Assembly (NCBI GenBank): GCA_015680685.1
Contig: MNCI01002192.1
Coordinates: forward strand, 189,237 to 253,236
From: Gnetum montanum
Lineage: Eukaryota > Plantae > Gnetophyta
Direction of reading: 5' to 3'
Length of the DNA stretch: 64,000 bases
The position numbers were made by a program, and so were the translations under genes. Below the pieces are notes generated by a model. That model was not told where the DNA came from, did not search any database, and worked only from the letters and a program-made list of their open reading frames with translations. Of this stretch, positions 63,641 through 64,000 are shown piece by piece. Positions within the stretch are counted from its first letter, which is position 1; every line of letters starts with the position of its first letter.

Positions 63641-64000
63641 CATGAACCATTTCTATCTACATTTTTTATGAGCACTTGGTCAAAACTCTGAATGTTCTAG
63701 AGAGCACAACAAGTTCTCAAAGCGTAGCAAGCTATAGCATAGCAAGCTCCAGCATAGCGAGTGTAGCGCTAGAGTTGGCCATTTTTAGTGGTTTTCACAC
63801 TTAGCATTTTTTTCTGCATTTTCATACTTAGTGTTTTTTCTGCATTTTTACACTTAGCCACTTTCCTGCTACTGGTAGATTTAGTCATTTTTTTTGTAAT
63901 TTTTAGAGTTAGCCATTTTCTGCAAATAGCAACTTTCACAACCCGATCTATGAATATGAATCTAGATCAACCTTCCACATTGGTGTCTAACACATTTGAC

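Overview
AT-rich plant repetitive DNA with no host gene, and two N gaps (40069-41054 and 44570-45033). The domain orders suggest a non-flowering plant, but that is an inference. The window is a nest of decayed Ty3/gypsy Tat-lineage LTR retrotransposons: A (1-8345, +), B (8346-~39360, +), D (~39377-62318, -), the 5' LTR of E (62319 onward, +), and a younger complete element C (39970-52345, -). C has 3.1-kb LTRs, a CTTTC TSD, a tRNA-Asn PBS and its extra RNase H between protease and RT. A, B and D appear to share an unusual layout: gag-PR, then a multi-kb spacer carrying an antisense multi-exon gene (plus a ~192-bp-phased palindrome array in B and D), then a separately initiated RT-RH-aRH-INT ORF. 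The full layout is visible only in B. Inserted into B's antisense gene is a ~14-kb chain (12196-26243) of endonuclease-less Penelope-like elements (PLEs), flanked by a 1.92-kb direct duplication of the target. These PLEs show ORF1, a -1 frameshift signal, RT, four degenerate hammerhead ribozymes, and 35-bp arrays derived from a terminally redundant unit in the element itself, which resembles telomerase-like reiteration. All alignments were made by eye, so boundaries marked ~ are approximate.
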